Assembly (NCBI GenBank): GCA_002778575.1
Contig: PFBJ01000003.1
Span: 11,057-75,056, forward strand
Length of the DNA stretch: 64,000 bases
Direction: 5' to 3'
Source: Candidatus Kaiserbacteria bacterium CG10_big_fil_rev_8_21_14_0_10_49_17
GTDB taxonomy: Bacteria > Patescibacteriota > Minisyncoccia > Phycocordibacterales > JABMNX01
Both the position numbers and the translations under genes were made by a program. A model generated the notes under the pieces. It saw only the letters and a program-made list of their open reading frames with translations, made no database searches and had not been told where the DNA came from. Below are positions 10,552 to 18,927 of the stretch, in pieces; positions within the stretch are counted from its first letter, which is position 1; the number at the start of each line of letters is the position of its first letter.

Positions 10552-10968
10552 TTATTCAGTGATTGTAAGTCGCTTCATGCGCGGCTTTCGTAGTCGGTTC
10601 CCTGGGAGCATACCGTAGACGGCACGCTTGAGCAATTCACTGTGCCCGCGCCGTGCAGCAAGTTTTGCCGCGCTCTCTTTGCGCAAGCCTCCCGGGAAGC
10701 CTGTGTAGCGGGTATAGATTTTTCCATCGGCCTTTCGCTGAGGGAGATCAATTTTTGAGACATTCGTAACTGTCACCTCAACGTCTGCAACAACATGCTT
10801 TTCAAAATCTGGCATATTTTTGCCCATGAGAATATGCGCTATCTCTGTAGCGAGGCGCCCAACCTTTCTACCTGTCGCATCAATTTCATACTTCACACCA
10901 GTAGAAGACGCTCCGGTTGCGTCTCGGGTCTTACTATCATTTTTGCTGTTTGTGTTTGTTTCTGTCAT
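10552..10968 (-). CDS. rplM: 50S ribosomal protein L13
   Basis: GRLATEIAHILMGK, GFPGGL; short N-terminal extension. Confidence 0.92.
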   Translation of the reverse strand: MTETNTNSKNDSKTRDATGASSTGVKYEIDATGRKVGRLATEIAHILMGKNMPDFEKHVVADVEVTVTNVSKIDLPQRKADGKIYTRYTGFPGGLRKESAAKLAARRGHSELLKRAVYGMLPGNRLRKPRMKRLTITE

Positions 10969-11010
10969 ATACGTATCGTGCGCACAAGTTTCTAATGGCT
11001 AGTGTGTTTC

Positions 11011-11364
11011 TTATACAAACTCAATAATTGCCTCAGAGCGAGCATCTGAACCGCTGGCACCGAGCTTTGTAATGCGCGTGTACCCGCCTGAGCGATCAGC
11101 ATACTTCGGTGCCACTGTTTCAACAAGCCTTACAACCGCATCGGACTCGCCTCCGAGTCGTTTCGCTACAAGTCGGCGAGAAAAGAGTGAGTTTTTATTG
11201 GCAAGCGTAATAAGACGTTCAATGAATGGTCGGAGCTCCTTTGCTTTTGCTTCGGTTGTCTTTATCCTCTCTTGGAGAATCAGAGCACGAGAAAGAGAAC
11301 GTAAAAGTGCCGTGCGTTGTTTACGCACTCGCCCAAATACACGTCCTTTCTTATGGTGCTTCAT
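11011..11364 (-). CDS. rplQ: 50S ribosomal protein L17
   Basis: MKHHKKGRVFGR...TTEAKAKELRP. Confidence 0.93.
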   Translation of the reverse strand: MKHHKKGRVFGRVRKQRTALLRSLSRALILQERIKTTEAKAKELRPFIERLITLANKNSLFSRRLVAKRLGGESDAVVRLVETVAPKYADRSGGYTRITKLGASGSDARSEAIIEFV

Positions 11365-11369
11365 ATGGC

Positions 11370-12344
11370 TTATCGTAGCGTTACTCCGAAGTTTGAAAGT
11401 GAACGCTTAATTTCCTGGAGCCCTTTTTGCCCAAGACCTTCAAGCGCAAGGATGTCCTCCTCTCGTTTGCGAACAAGACCGCCGACTGTACGGATATTCG
11501 CATCAGTAAGCGCGTTGACGGTACGCGTTGAGAGCTCTAGTGAGTCTATACGCGTCTTGAGGAACTCCTTATCTATTTCCTGCGGGCGTTCCTCCTGCGA
11601 GCTTGCAATTGCCTCTTTCTCGTCTTCATCCTGCGGCAATTCGATTTCCTCCTCTTTAAAGCCGACAATTGCGCGCAGCTGATGAATCATAATATCGATT
11701 GAACGCTCGAGTGCTTCCTTTGAAGTGAGGGTTCCATCCGTCTCGATAAAAATACGGAGGCGATTAAAGTCAGTTCGGTCGCCAACACGCATGTTTTCAA
11801 CTTCGTAATTCACGCGACGAATAGGTGTAAAGACCGCATCAAGTGCAATTGCCCCGATATCGACTCGGTCCTTCTGGAGAATCTCTTTTGCGACATACCC
11901 GAGCCCTTGTTCAACCGTTAATTCCATTTCAAATGGAGTACCCTTTCCGGTCACCTCAACAATGTGCTGATCAGGATTAAGTATTTCAACTTGGCCCGGC
12001 GCATCTATATCTCCTGCTGTAACAGTTTTCGGTCCTTTAACTGAAAGCTTAAGCACTGCCGGCTCATCAGTGTTCATCTTAATGCGCACCTTTTTAAGGT
12101 TAAGAAGGATTGTTATCACGTCCTCCTTCACGCCTTCTATGGTTGAAAACTCGTGAGCGACACCCTCGATCTTAACTGAAGTAATCGCTGCGCCTGGAAG
12201 AGATGAGAGGATAATTCGGCGAAGCGAATTACCGAGTGTGTGGCCATATCCAGAGTGAAGGCCGTCAATCTCATACGTGCCAGAAAAGTCCTCTTCTGAC
12301 ACGATGCGTGGCTTGGATGGGAGCGCTACATTATAGTCCGACAT
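11370..12344 (-). CDS. rpoA: DNA-directed RNA polymerase subunit alpha
   Basis: alpha NTD dimerisation region and CTD (LELSTRTVNALT HhH). Confidence 0.93.
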   Translation of the reverse strand: MSDYNVALPSKPRIVSEEDFSGTYEIDGLHSGYGHTLGNSLRRIILSSLPGAAITSVKIEGVAHEFSTIEGVKEDVITILLNLKKVRIKMNTDEPAVLKLSVKGPKTVTAGDIDAPGQVEILNPDQHIVEVTGKGTPFEMELTVEQGLGYVAKEILQKDRVDIGAIALDAVFTPIRRVNYEVENMRVGDRTDFNRLRIFIETDGTLTSKEALERSIDIMIHQLRAIVGFKEEEIELPQDEDEKEAIASSQEERPQEIDKEFLKTRIDSLELSTRTVNALTDANIRTVGGLVRKREEDILALEGLGQKGLQEIKRSLSNFGVTLR

Positions 12345-12371
12345 AATAATTATATTAAAAGTGAATAAATA

Positions 12372-12986
12372 TTAACGACTGTAATACTCAAGTACTTGCG
12401 TAAGGTCAAAATGCGTATCTGGAGCGCTGTATTGTGGAAGCTCCTTGACGGACCCCGTTAACTTCTTTGCGTCAAATGAAACCCATGACGGCGCACTGTA
12501 ATCAGCAAGGCGCTCATGAAGTCCTGCAAAAACGGTTTTCTGAGCGCTGCCTGAACGAACGGTAATTGTCTCACCGGTACGGGTTGAATATGATGGAATA
12601 GTTACCTTTCGGCCGTTTACGCAAATGTGTCCGTGCGAGACAAGCTGGCGAGCCATACGCCGCGTCGGTGCAAGTCCAAGACGATACACAACCGAATCAA
12701 GACGCATCTCAAGCTTCCGGTAAAGTGTGGTGAGCGGGTCAGTACCGCGCGTTTTCAGCGCCTCAGTGACATACCGAGTAAGCTGCTTTTCAGAAATACC
12801 ATAGGTGTACCGCACCTTCTGCTTTTCAAGCAACTGCCTGCCGAAGTCTGAAAGAGCCCGCGGGCGTCGGCCGGTGCGTGCATTTTTTCGGCGTGCCTCT
12901 GAGAGCGCAAACTTTTGACTCTGTGTTTTTTCAAACACTTCCGCTCCCAGACGTTTCGCAATTTTATATTTTGATTTAACTATCAT
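12372..12986 (-). CDS. rpsD: 30S ribosomal protein S4
   Basis: S4 domain [31 protein letters not shown]; start moved to MIVKSKYK to abut rpsK. Confidence 0.9.
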   Translation of the reverse strand: MIVKSKYKIAKRLGAEVFEKTQSQKFALSEARRKNARTGRRPRALSDFGRQLLEKQKVRYTYGISEKQLTRYVTEALKTRGTDPLTTLYRKLEMRLDSVVYRLGLAPTRRMARQLVSHGHICVNGRKVTIPSYSTRTGETITVRSGSAQKTVFAGLHERLADYSAPSWVSFDAKKLTGSVKELPQYSAPDTHFDLTQVLEYYSR

Positions 12987-12990
12987 ATTT

Positions 12991-13425
12991 CTATACTCGT
13001 CGCGGCTTCGGCGGTCGCGGACCGTTAAACGGTACAGGTGTTGTGTCCTGAATCTTAGTAACTCCGATACCCTTCCCCGCGAAACCTCGCAATGCTGACT
13101 CGCGGCCAGACCCCACACCCTTAATAACAACCTCTACATTCTTTACTCCTATTGAAGCGGCTTTTTCACCAACGAGCTCGCCAACCTTTGCCGCTGCAAA
13201 CGGGGTACCCTTTCGGGCGCCCTTAAATCCAAGAGCGCCGCTTGATGACCACGCAACGGCGCCTCCAGCCGTGTCAGTGAGAACTACTTTCGTATTATTG
13301 TATGTTGCCTCAATATGAAGACGGCCGGTATCCATCTTTCGTTTTATTGTACGCGCCAACGATCGAGATTTTAGTCCCTCATTTACCTGGCCGCCGCTTT
13401 TTTTGATGATTCTCTTCTTTCCCAT
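12991..13425 (-). CDS. rpsK: 30S ribosomal protein S11
   Basis: TPFAA...GRESALR...[15 protein letters not shown]. Confidence 0.93.
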   Translation of the reverse strand: MGKKRIIKKSGGQVNEGLKSRSLARTIKRKMDTGRLHIEATYNNTKVVLTDTAGGAVAWSSSGALGFKGARKGTPFAAAKVGELVGEKAASIGVKNVEVVIKGVGSGRESALRGFAGKGIGVTKIQDTTPVPFNGPRPPKPRRV

Positions 13426-13426
13426 A

Positions 13427-13807
13427 CTACTTCTTCTCTACCTTACGGCGTCCGGATGTCATAGTCTTTCGAACATTTCCTCGAACGGTGCGAGAATTTG
13501 TCTTCGTTCGCTGGCCGCGGCTTGGGAGCTGTCGTGCATGCCGTGAGCCACGGTACGCGGCTATGTCTTTCAACCGTTTTATATTTCCACTTTTCTCGCG
13601 CTTCAGTTCTCCTTCAATCGTAAAACTCTCTACCCGCTCTCGAATTGCATTCTCCTCGTCTGTGGAAAGGTCTTTTGGACGCTTTCCAGCATCAATATGT
13701 AAACTATTAAGAATTTCAAGCGCACGCGGGCGGCCAACACCGTATAGTGCGGTGAGACCTATTTCCAGACGCTTGTCCTCCGGGATTGTAATTCCAGCAA
13801 TGCGCAT
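13427..13807 (-). CDS. rpsM: 30S ribosomal protein S13
   Basis: MRIAGITIP...YRGSRHARQLP. Confidence 0.93.
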   Translation of the reverse strand: MRIAGITIPEDKRLEIGLTALYGVGRPRALEILNSLHIDAGKRPKDLSTDEENAIRERVESFTIEGELKREKSGNIKRLKDIAAYRGSRHARQLPSRGQRTKTNSRTVRGNVRKTMTSGRRKVEKK

Positions 13808-13809
13808 AC

Positions 13810-13923
13810 TTATCCTTGCCGCTGTTTATGCCGAGGGTTACTGCACAATACATAGAGCCGCCCTTTGCGGCGTACTGTCTTGCAATTGCTGCAGATTGGC
13901 TTAACAGATGCTTTAACTTTCAT
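13810..13923 (-). CDS. rpmJ: 50S ribosomal protein L36 (37 aa, [37 protein letters not shown])
   Basis: hand-translated from minus strand; C-x2-C...C-x4-H zinc ribbon; sits in canonical infA-rpmJ-rpsM position; below ORF-track length cutoff. Confidence 0.88.
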   Translation of the reverse strand: MKVKASVKPICSNCKTVRRKGRLYVLCSNPRHKQRQG

Positions 13924-13980
13924 ATGACAAACAGAAAAAAGCGCTGTATGCGTAGAGGGCCTAGAACTCAATCGTAATCT

Positions 13981-14199
13981 CTACAAGCGCCTCACGATAC
14001 GACCTTTTCCGCCGTACGGCTCGAGCTCCACTGCTACTGTGTCGCCAACGAGCACTTTAATTCGATGCATCCGCATCTTTCCTGAAAGGTAGGTGAGGAT
14101 TTGCTCCCCATTTTCAAGTGTCACCCGAAAAAGCGTATTCGGCAGGGCCTCGTCGACCGTACCGTTGACTGCTTCGGGTTTGCTTTTATCCTCTACCAT
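13981..14199 (-). CDS. infA: translation initiation factor IF-1
   Basis: S1-like OB fold [13 protein letters not shown]...GKMR...GRIVRR; start set to MVEDKSK (72 aa). Confidence 0.9.
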   Translation of the reverse strand: MVEDKSKPEAVNGTVDEALPNTLFRVTLENGEQILTYLSGKMRMHRIKVLVGDTVAVELEPYGGKGRIVRRL

Positions 14200-14243
14200 C
14201 AGGCTCTCGTATCCTACCAGCGCTCTTTCCAATCGTCAAGTCG

Positions 14244-15497
14244 CTACTTGGTTAATTCAAGCGTTATGTCCGATGGATCATCAGGAAATGTTCCTCGCCA
14301 AAACGGGCGGAGGATAACCTCAGCTTTCTCAATACTTGGGTAACCTGAAAGAATAGTCGGCAGAGCCCCTTTCGCTTTCCCAGCAAGATCACGCAGAAGT
14401 TGGTCAGTATCAAATAGCCACGTTAGTGTTGTGTTGCCGGAAAGTGAAAAAGCAAACTCGTCAGCCTCCCACGGCTTTGCACCATCAGCAACTGTAAGAC
14501 TGAGCGCTGAAACGTCCGCACTGACCGAGTCGTCGCTTTTAAATTCAGCTATTGTATTCCGAGCAAGAAATGACGCGAATTCTCCCTCTGGGAAAAGTAC
14601 GGCATAGAGGGTGCCGCTTTGAATAAGACGCGCTCCATCGCCGTCAGCTACTGCCCGTGTTTCGGAATATTCAATCATCGTTGCGCCAGAAACCAATACA
14701 AATCCGTCTGGAATTTGATTCACGATTGATGAGAGGAGCGCCGACTCAAGTGCCTCCTTTAATTCCGCGGTCTTTGCTTCCTTCACGGATTCATCAACTA
14801 CCGCTTGCACACCGACAAATCCTCCAGTGATAGGCGTTTTGCTTCGGGCGTAGAAATGGTCGTATCGGTCATCACCTTTCAGTCCTGGAATTGTAAAATC
14901 AGTCAGTCCGGTGTTGTATTCCTCGCCGGGTTCGTCTGCAAATACTTCTACTTCAATACTTCCCGGCACAACAGCTCCGTTTTCGGTCTTCTGTCCCGGA
15001 ACTGTAACCGACTCTTCAATACGGTAAATACGCCCGTCTGGAGATTCAAATCGAGTGTTTTTTATCAATCGCTGTGGTGTTTTGCTGTAGTCATTGTAAA
15101 TAACGATAAAACCGCTGGCTTTATTCTCAACCTCTTCTTCGCCCGTTGCCTCCACAGTCACTGATTCCTCTTGTGTAATTGTGGCAATTTCATAACCTAA
15201 TTCCTCAAAGCCTGGGTTTTTATACGCACGAAACGTTCCTTCAACAAAACTGCTTCGCTCTTTTGGAGTTACGACAATTTTGGCTCCTGAAAATACATAT
15301 GAAAGGCCGAGCGCGAGCGCTGCCACAGAAATAAGCGCCACAAGCCAGAGACCCCATCGGCTTTTCCGCGCAGAATGCCCATTCGCACTGTCCGCGGCAA
15401 CTCTTTGTGCCCGCATCGGGCGGCGAGAGTCTGAAACTGTCACCTTTCGAATTGACCGCTTCTCTGGTGGTACGATATCTTCTGCATCATTCGCCAT
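14244..15497 (-). CDS. hypothetical bitopic membrane protein (basic cytoplasmic N-term, one TM, about 340-aa extracytoplasmic domain)
   Basis: single TM WGLWLVALISVAALALGLSYVF; immediately downstream of actin-like ATPase; start ambiguous (15497 or 15533). Confidence 0.6.
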   Translation of the reverse strand: MANDAEDIVPPEKRSIRKVTVSDSRRPMRAQRVAADSANGHSARKSRWGLWLVALISVAALALGLSYVFSGAKIVVTPKERSSFVEGTFRAYKNPGFEELGYEIATITQEESVTVEATGEEEVENKASGFIVIYNDYSKTPQRLIKNTRFESPDGRIYRIEESVTVPGQKTENGAVVPGSIEVEVFADEPGEEYNTGLTDFTIPGLKGDDRYDHFYARSKTPITGGFVGVQAVVDESVKEAKTAELKEALESALLSSIVNQIPDGFVLVSGATMIEYSETRAVADGDGARLIQSGTLYAVLFPEGEFASFLARNTIAEFKSDDSVSADVSALSLTVADGAKPWEADEFAFSLSGNTTLTWLFDTDQLLRDLAGKAKGALPTILSGYPSIEKAEVILRPFWRGTFPDDPSDITLELTK

Positions 15498-15507
15498 AGT
15501 CACTCTA

Positions 15508-16674
15508 CTATACCACAGGTTTATTTTTTTCAACCGCTCTTATTCGTTTGGCAAACAGGGCCCCAACCGCAAGAAATGGGTCTTCTTTTACGCTCTTACC
15601 CTTAAACGTGCAGAATTCACAGATCCGATTCGCTGTTAAAAGTTCCGGTGAAAATGCCTCACCAGTCAGTGTAAATGCTCCAAAATCAATTCGTGAGGTA
15701 AGTTCCGCCAACCACAACCCGATTGAGCCGTCACACGCCAGAAGCAGGAAATTTGGCAGTCGTTTTGTCTCTGAAAGCTTGCCGACTGATGACCCGAATT
15801 GCTTTATCCACTTCTGCGCGACTGTCTCGATGCTCTTTTGCACCGTAGAGTCTTCTTTCTGTGTTCCAGACACGCCAAGCGAGAGTCTCGATAGCGACTC
15901 TTCCGGAGTTGTTCCAAGAAGTTCTGCCAAATCGCGGGCAATTGAATGCTTGCCGTACGGAAATGTTACATAATTTGAAAGTATATCTCCGCGGACAACA
16001 CCGATATCCGACACCTCCCCCGTCACATCCATTAGTAGGAAGTCTGATTGCTCGAATACGTCTCGTGCGGTGAGGAAAAACGGGAGAATGAATGAATTGT
16101 AGGAAACAGCCGTCTCCCCAAACTGTTCATCAAATACCCGCTCAAGCGAAGAGTGAAATGCGGTGTCCATATACCCCACCGCAAGGGATAGCGCGATGTG
16201 TTTCGCTTTCTTCTTCTCGGGATTCGCCGTCGGGTATCCGTTTAGCAATACCTGCATCGAAAACTCTTCCGTCTGATCCACGCCGGCCGCAGTCTCTGCA
16301 GCTTTTTCAACGATTTCAGCGCGGGCGCTCTCCAGCAGGGTTTTAATATACGCATCAGTAATGTCTTTCGGCTCATCGTGCTTTGCTTCAATTGACGCTG
16401 TTTCAATGTGCACCCACGGCGACGCGGACATGCATACAATTCTTGAAAATTGATTCACCTGCTCATCGGCAAGCGCTTTGATAAGACGCTCTGATACCAC
16501 CCGGACTGTCTCTGCTGTCTTCTTTTCAAGCGTCTTTGCGTCAAGCACTTCAGTTAGCGTAAGCGGTACTCGTGTTGTGTATGTAATGTGCGGTTGTGTA
16601 TCACCGTCTAACACTACCAGTGCACCCGCGACCGAAGCGCTCCCAATATCAAATAATGCGACGTACTCTCGCAT
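15508..16674 (-). CDS. actin-like ATPase, FtsA/PilM family
   Basis: phosphate-1 FDIGSASVAG, phosphate-2 MDVTGEVSDIGVV, FPYGKHSIARDLAELLG and LLLACDGS adenosine motif; alternative start 16707. Confidence 0.7.
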   Translation of the reverse strand: MREYVALFDIGSASVAGALVVLDGDTQPHITYTTRVPLTLTEVLDAKTLEKKTAETVRVVSERLIKALADEQVNQFSRIVCMSASPWVHIETASIEAKHDEPKDITDAYIKTLLESARAEIVEKAAETAAGVDQTEEFSMQVLLNGYPTANPEKKKAKHIALSLAVGYMDTAFHSSLERVFDEQFGETAVSYNSFILPFFLTARDVFEQSDFLLMDVTGEVSDIGVVRGDILSNYVTFPYGKHSIARDLAELLGTTPEESLSRLSLGVSGTQKEDSTVQKSIETVAQKWIKQFGSSVGKLSETKRLPNFLLLACDGSIGLWLAELTSRIDFGAFTLTGEAFSPELLTANRICEFCTFKGKSVKEDPFLAVGALFAKRIRAVEKNKPVV

Positions 16675-16748
16675 TTCTTTTTTATTTCGGTGGAGAAACA
16701 CAAACATTCTCTACAGTATACGGTCTACGTATCGAATTGCACAGATAA

Positions 16749-18623
16749 TTATTCCAGTACTGCCTTTACGCGGCGCACGCCAGCTGACGATGATTCCTCC
16801 TTCACGATTTTAAATACGCCGGTAATTTCATTCGTATTTGATACATGCGGTCCACCGCAGAGCTCGCGAGACCACACCACCCCATTGGCGTCTCGTAGCG
16901 TATACACTTTAACTACCTCCGGATATTTCTCCCAGAAGCTCCCCTCGACGCCCTCAGCTTTTGCTTGTTCCTTTGGCATTTCCTCAATTGTCATTTCTGC
17001 CTGCGCCTTGATTGCGTCATTGACATACTGTTCAACCTTATCGAGCGTCTCTCGGTCTACTTTTTCAGGATACGTAAAGTCAAAACGCGTACGTTCGGTA
17101 GTAATATTTGATCCCGCCTGGTGCACATCCTCACCGAGGTATTTTCGCAGTCCTGCAAGCAGTAGGTGTGTTGCGCTGTGGTACATGGTTGTCTTCTCTC
17201 CGCCGTCGGCGAGTCCGCCCTTAAATTTCTGCTCCGCTCCCGCACGCGAGAGCGCTTGGTGCTTCTCCATTTCGCTGCGAAACCCCTCCATATCGACAGT
17301 GATGCCCCTCTCAGCAGCAAGCTCGAGCGTCAGTTCAATTGGAAAACCGTGTGTTGTAAAGAGAACAAACGCATCACGTCCAGAAATATTCTCACCGGAG
17401 CGCTTTTCAAATTCTTTAAGTCCGCGCTCGACTGTTTTTCTGAATCGCGCCTCTTCTTCTTCAATATTTTTCTGTATTACGTCTTTCTGCGCGCGCAGAT
17501 TTGGATACTGCGCTTCGTACTGCTGTATCACAATTGGCACGAGAGTGTGGAGCGTATGCGGCTCCATTTCGAGCGTATCCATCTTCAGTACAGCTCTCCG
17601 CAGTAGCCGTCGAACAAAATACCCTTGCTCTGTATTTGACGGAACGACACCGTCTCCAATCATAAATACCGCCCCGCGAAAGTGGTCCGCAACAATTCGA
17701 AATGCCGCGCTTTCTTCCTCATTTTCACCGTACACTTTACCGGAAAGCGATTCGATTTCAGTAATAATGCCGTAGAGAGAGTCAATGCAAAACACATCTG
17801 AGACATCATTCGCAGCTGCAACAATTCGCTCGAGCCCTCCGCCGAAATCGACATTTTGCTGTGGCAGCTTTTCAAATGAACCGTCGCTTTTTTTAATGTA
17901 CTCCATAAAAACAGAGTTGCCGATTTCCATAAAACGCCCGCAATCGCAATTCGGGTGGCAGTGCTCGCCGAATGCCGTGTCGTGTGCTGTTCCAAAGTCA
18001 TAAAAAACCTCGGAATCCGGACCACCGGGCTCCCCCGCCGGCATTTTCTCCGGAGTCCCAGAGCGACTCCACCAATTTTTCTTTGCCTCATAGGCAAATA
18101 TGCGCTCCCCTTCCCGCATGCCGCGCGCATACCCGTCTGCCTCAGTTCCTATATCGACGGCAATCGCGTCAATTCCCTCTTCCTTAAAGATGCGCTTCCA
18201 TATCTCAATTGATTCTTCATCTTTTGTTATGCCGAGTTTCTCATCGCCGCTAAATACCGTGACGTAAAGTTTTTGCGGGTCAAGACCGATTTCCTTTGTA
18301 AGAAATTCAAAAAACCACGGTAACTGTTCTGACTTGAAATAGTCACCGAGCGACCAGTTGCCAAGCATTTCAAAAAAGGTTGTGTGGCGATTGTCACCAA
18401 CCTCTTCTATATCTTCTGCTCGAAATGATTTTTGTGAATCAACAAGACGCACACCGGATGGATGTTTTTCTCCCAGTAGGTACGGCAGAAGCGGCTGCAT
18501 GCCGGAACTGGTGAAAAGTGTTGTCGGATCATTCTCCGGCACGAGCGGCGCTGACGGTATTTCACTATGCTCTCGCGCTTTAAAAAATTCGAGATATGTG
18601 TGGCGAACTTCCGCTGTTGTCAT
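16749..18623 (-). CDS. alaS: alanine--tRNA ligase, short form (catalytic plus editing domains, no C-Ala domain)
   Basis: N-terminal AlaRS block FTSSGMQ...FEMLGNWSLGDYFK, editing HxxxH...CGGPH; start at MTTAEV gives ATGA overlap with upstream small gene. Confidence 0.9.
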   Translation of the reverse strand: MTTAEVRHTYLEFFKAREHSEIPSAPLVPENDPTTLFTSSGMQPLLPYLLGEKHPSGVRLVDSQKSFRAEDIEEVGDNRHTTFFEMLGNWSLGDYFKSEQLPWFFEFLTKEIGLDPQKLYVTVFSGDEKLGITKDEESIEIWKRIFKEEGIDAIAVDIGTEADGYARGMREGERIFAYEAKKNWWSRSGTPEKMPAGEPGGPDSEVFYDFGTAHDTAFGEHCHPNCDCGRFMEIGNSVFMEYIKKSDGSFEKLPQQNVDFGGGLERIVAAANDVSDVFCIDSLYGIITEIESLSGKVYGENEEESAAFRIVADHFRGAVFMIGDGVVPSNTEQGYFVRRLLRRAVLKMDTLEMEPHTLHTLVPIVIQQYEAQYPNLRAQKDVIQKNIEEEEARFRKTVERGLKEFEKRSGENISGRDAFVLFTTHGFPIELTLELAAERGITVDMEGFRSEMEKHQALSRAGAEQKFKGGLADGGEKTTMYHSATHLLLAGLRKYLGEDVHQAGSNITTERTRFDFTYPEKVDRETLDKVEQYVNDAIKAQAEMTIEEMPKEQAKAEGVEGSFWEKYPEVVKVYTLRDANGVVWSRELCGGPHVSNTNEITGVFKIVKEESSSAGVRRVKAVLE

Positions 18624-18877
18624 TGAATAATTTCTATTAGCTGAAATGCGCCAGAGCTCCACGGCGTAAAGCCGTAAAAGAGAACCTCAAGCGTATACCC
18701 AAGTACCATAAACAAAATACCAAGAAGCGCCAAATTTCTCTCTCGCCGCATTTCATTGAGCACCTTCCGGTCTATTCTGTGCTCTTTTACAATGCGCCAG
18801 TGCACCATTACGACCGTAAGGCCGAGTATAATCTTTCCGACAGTGCCTATGGTAAGTCCCCAAAATAGCAGTGACAT
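18620..18877 (-). CDS. small membrane protein (2 TM, 85 aa)
   Basis: two hydrophobic helices; stop overlaps alaS start (ATGA) indicating coupling. Confidence 0.55.
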   Translation of the reverse strand: MSLLFWGLTIGTVGKIILGLTVVMVHWRIVKEHRIDRKVLNEMRRERNLALLGILFMVLGYTLEVLFYGFTPWSSGAFQLIEIIQ

Positions 18878-18883
18878 GTCTGC

Positions 18884-18918
18884 AGTATACCATTTTTAAC
18901 TGCACAAAATGGTATACT
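18884..18918. promoter_or_regulatory. 13-bp perfect inverted repeat AGTATACCATTTT-n9-AAAATGGTATACT containing divergent extended -10 elements (TGGTATACT on each strand)
   Basis: seen directly; each TATACT lies 7-10 nt upstream of the flanking start codons (18877 minus, 18928 plus), implying leaderless transcripts. Confidence 0.55.
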
Positions 18919-18927
18919 CGCCACTAT

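Noticed and set aside
16671-16684. Apparent frameshift in the actin-like ATPase at a poly-T run (I count 7 T in the printed sequence, whereas both ORF-track translations across this spot require 6)
   Set aside because: Most likely my own miscounting of the printed homopolymer. The ORF track reads through cleanly on both strands, so the gene is treated as intact and coordinates are taken from track arithmetic.
16690-17775. 361-aa plus-strand ORF
   Set aside because: Lies entirely antisense to alaS, is Ser/Cys-rich low-complexity and has no RBS, so it is a shadow ORF.
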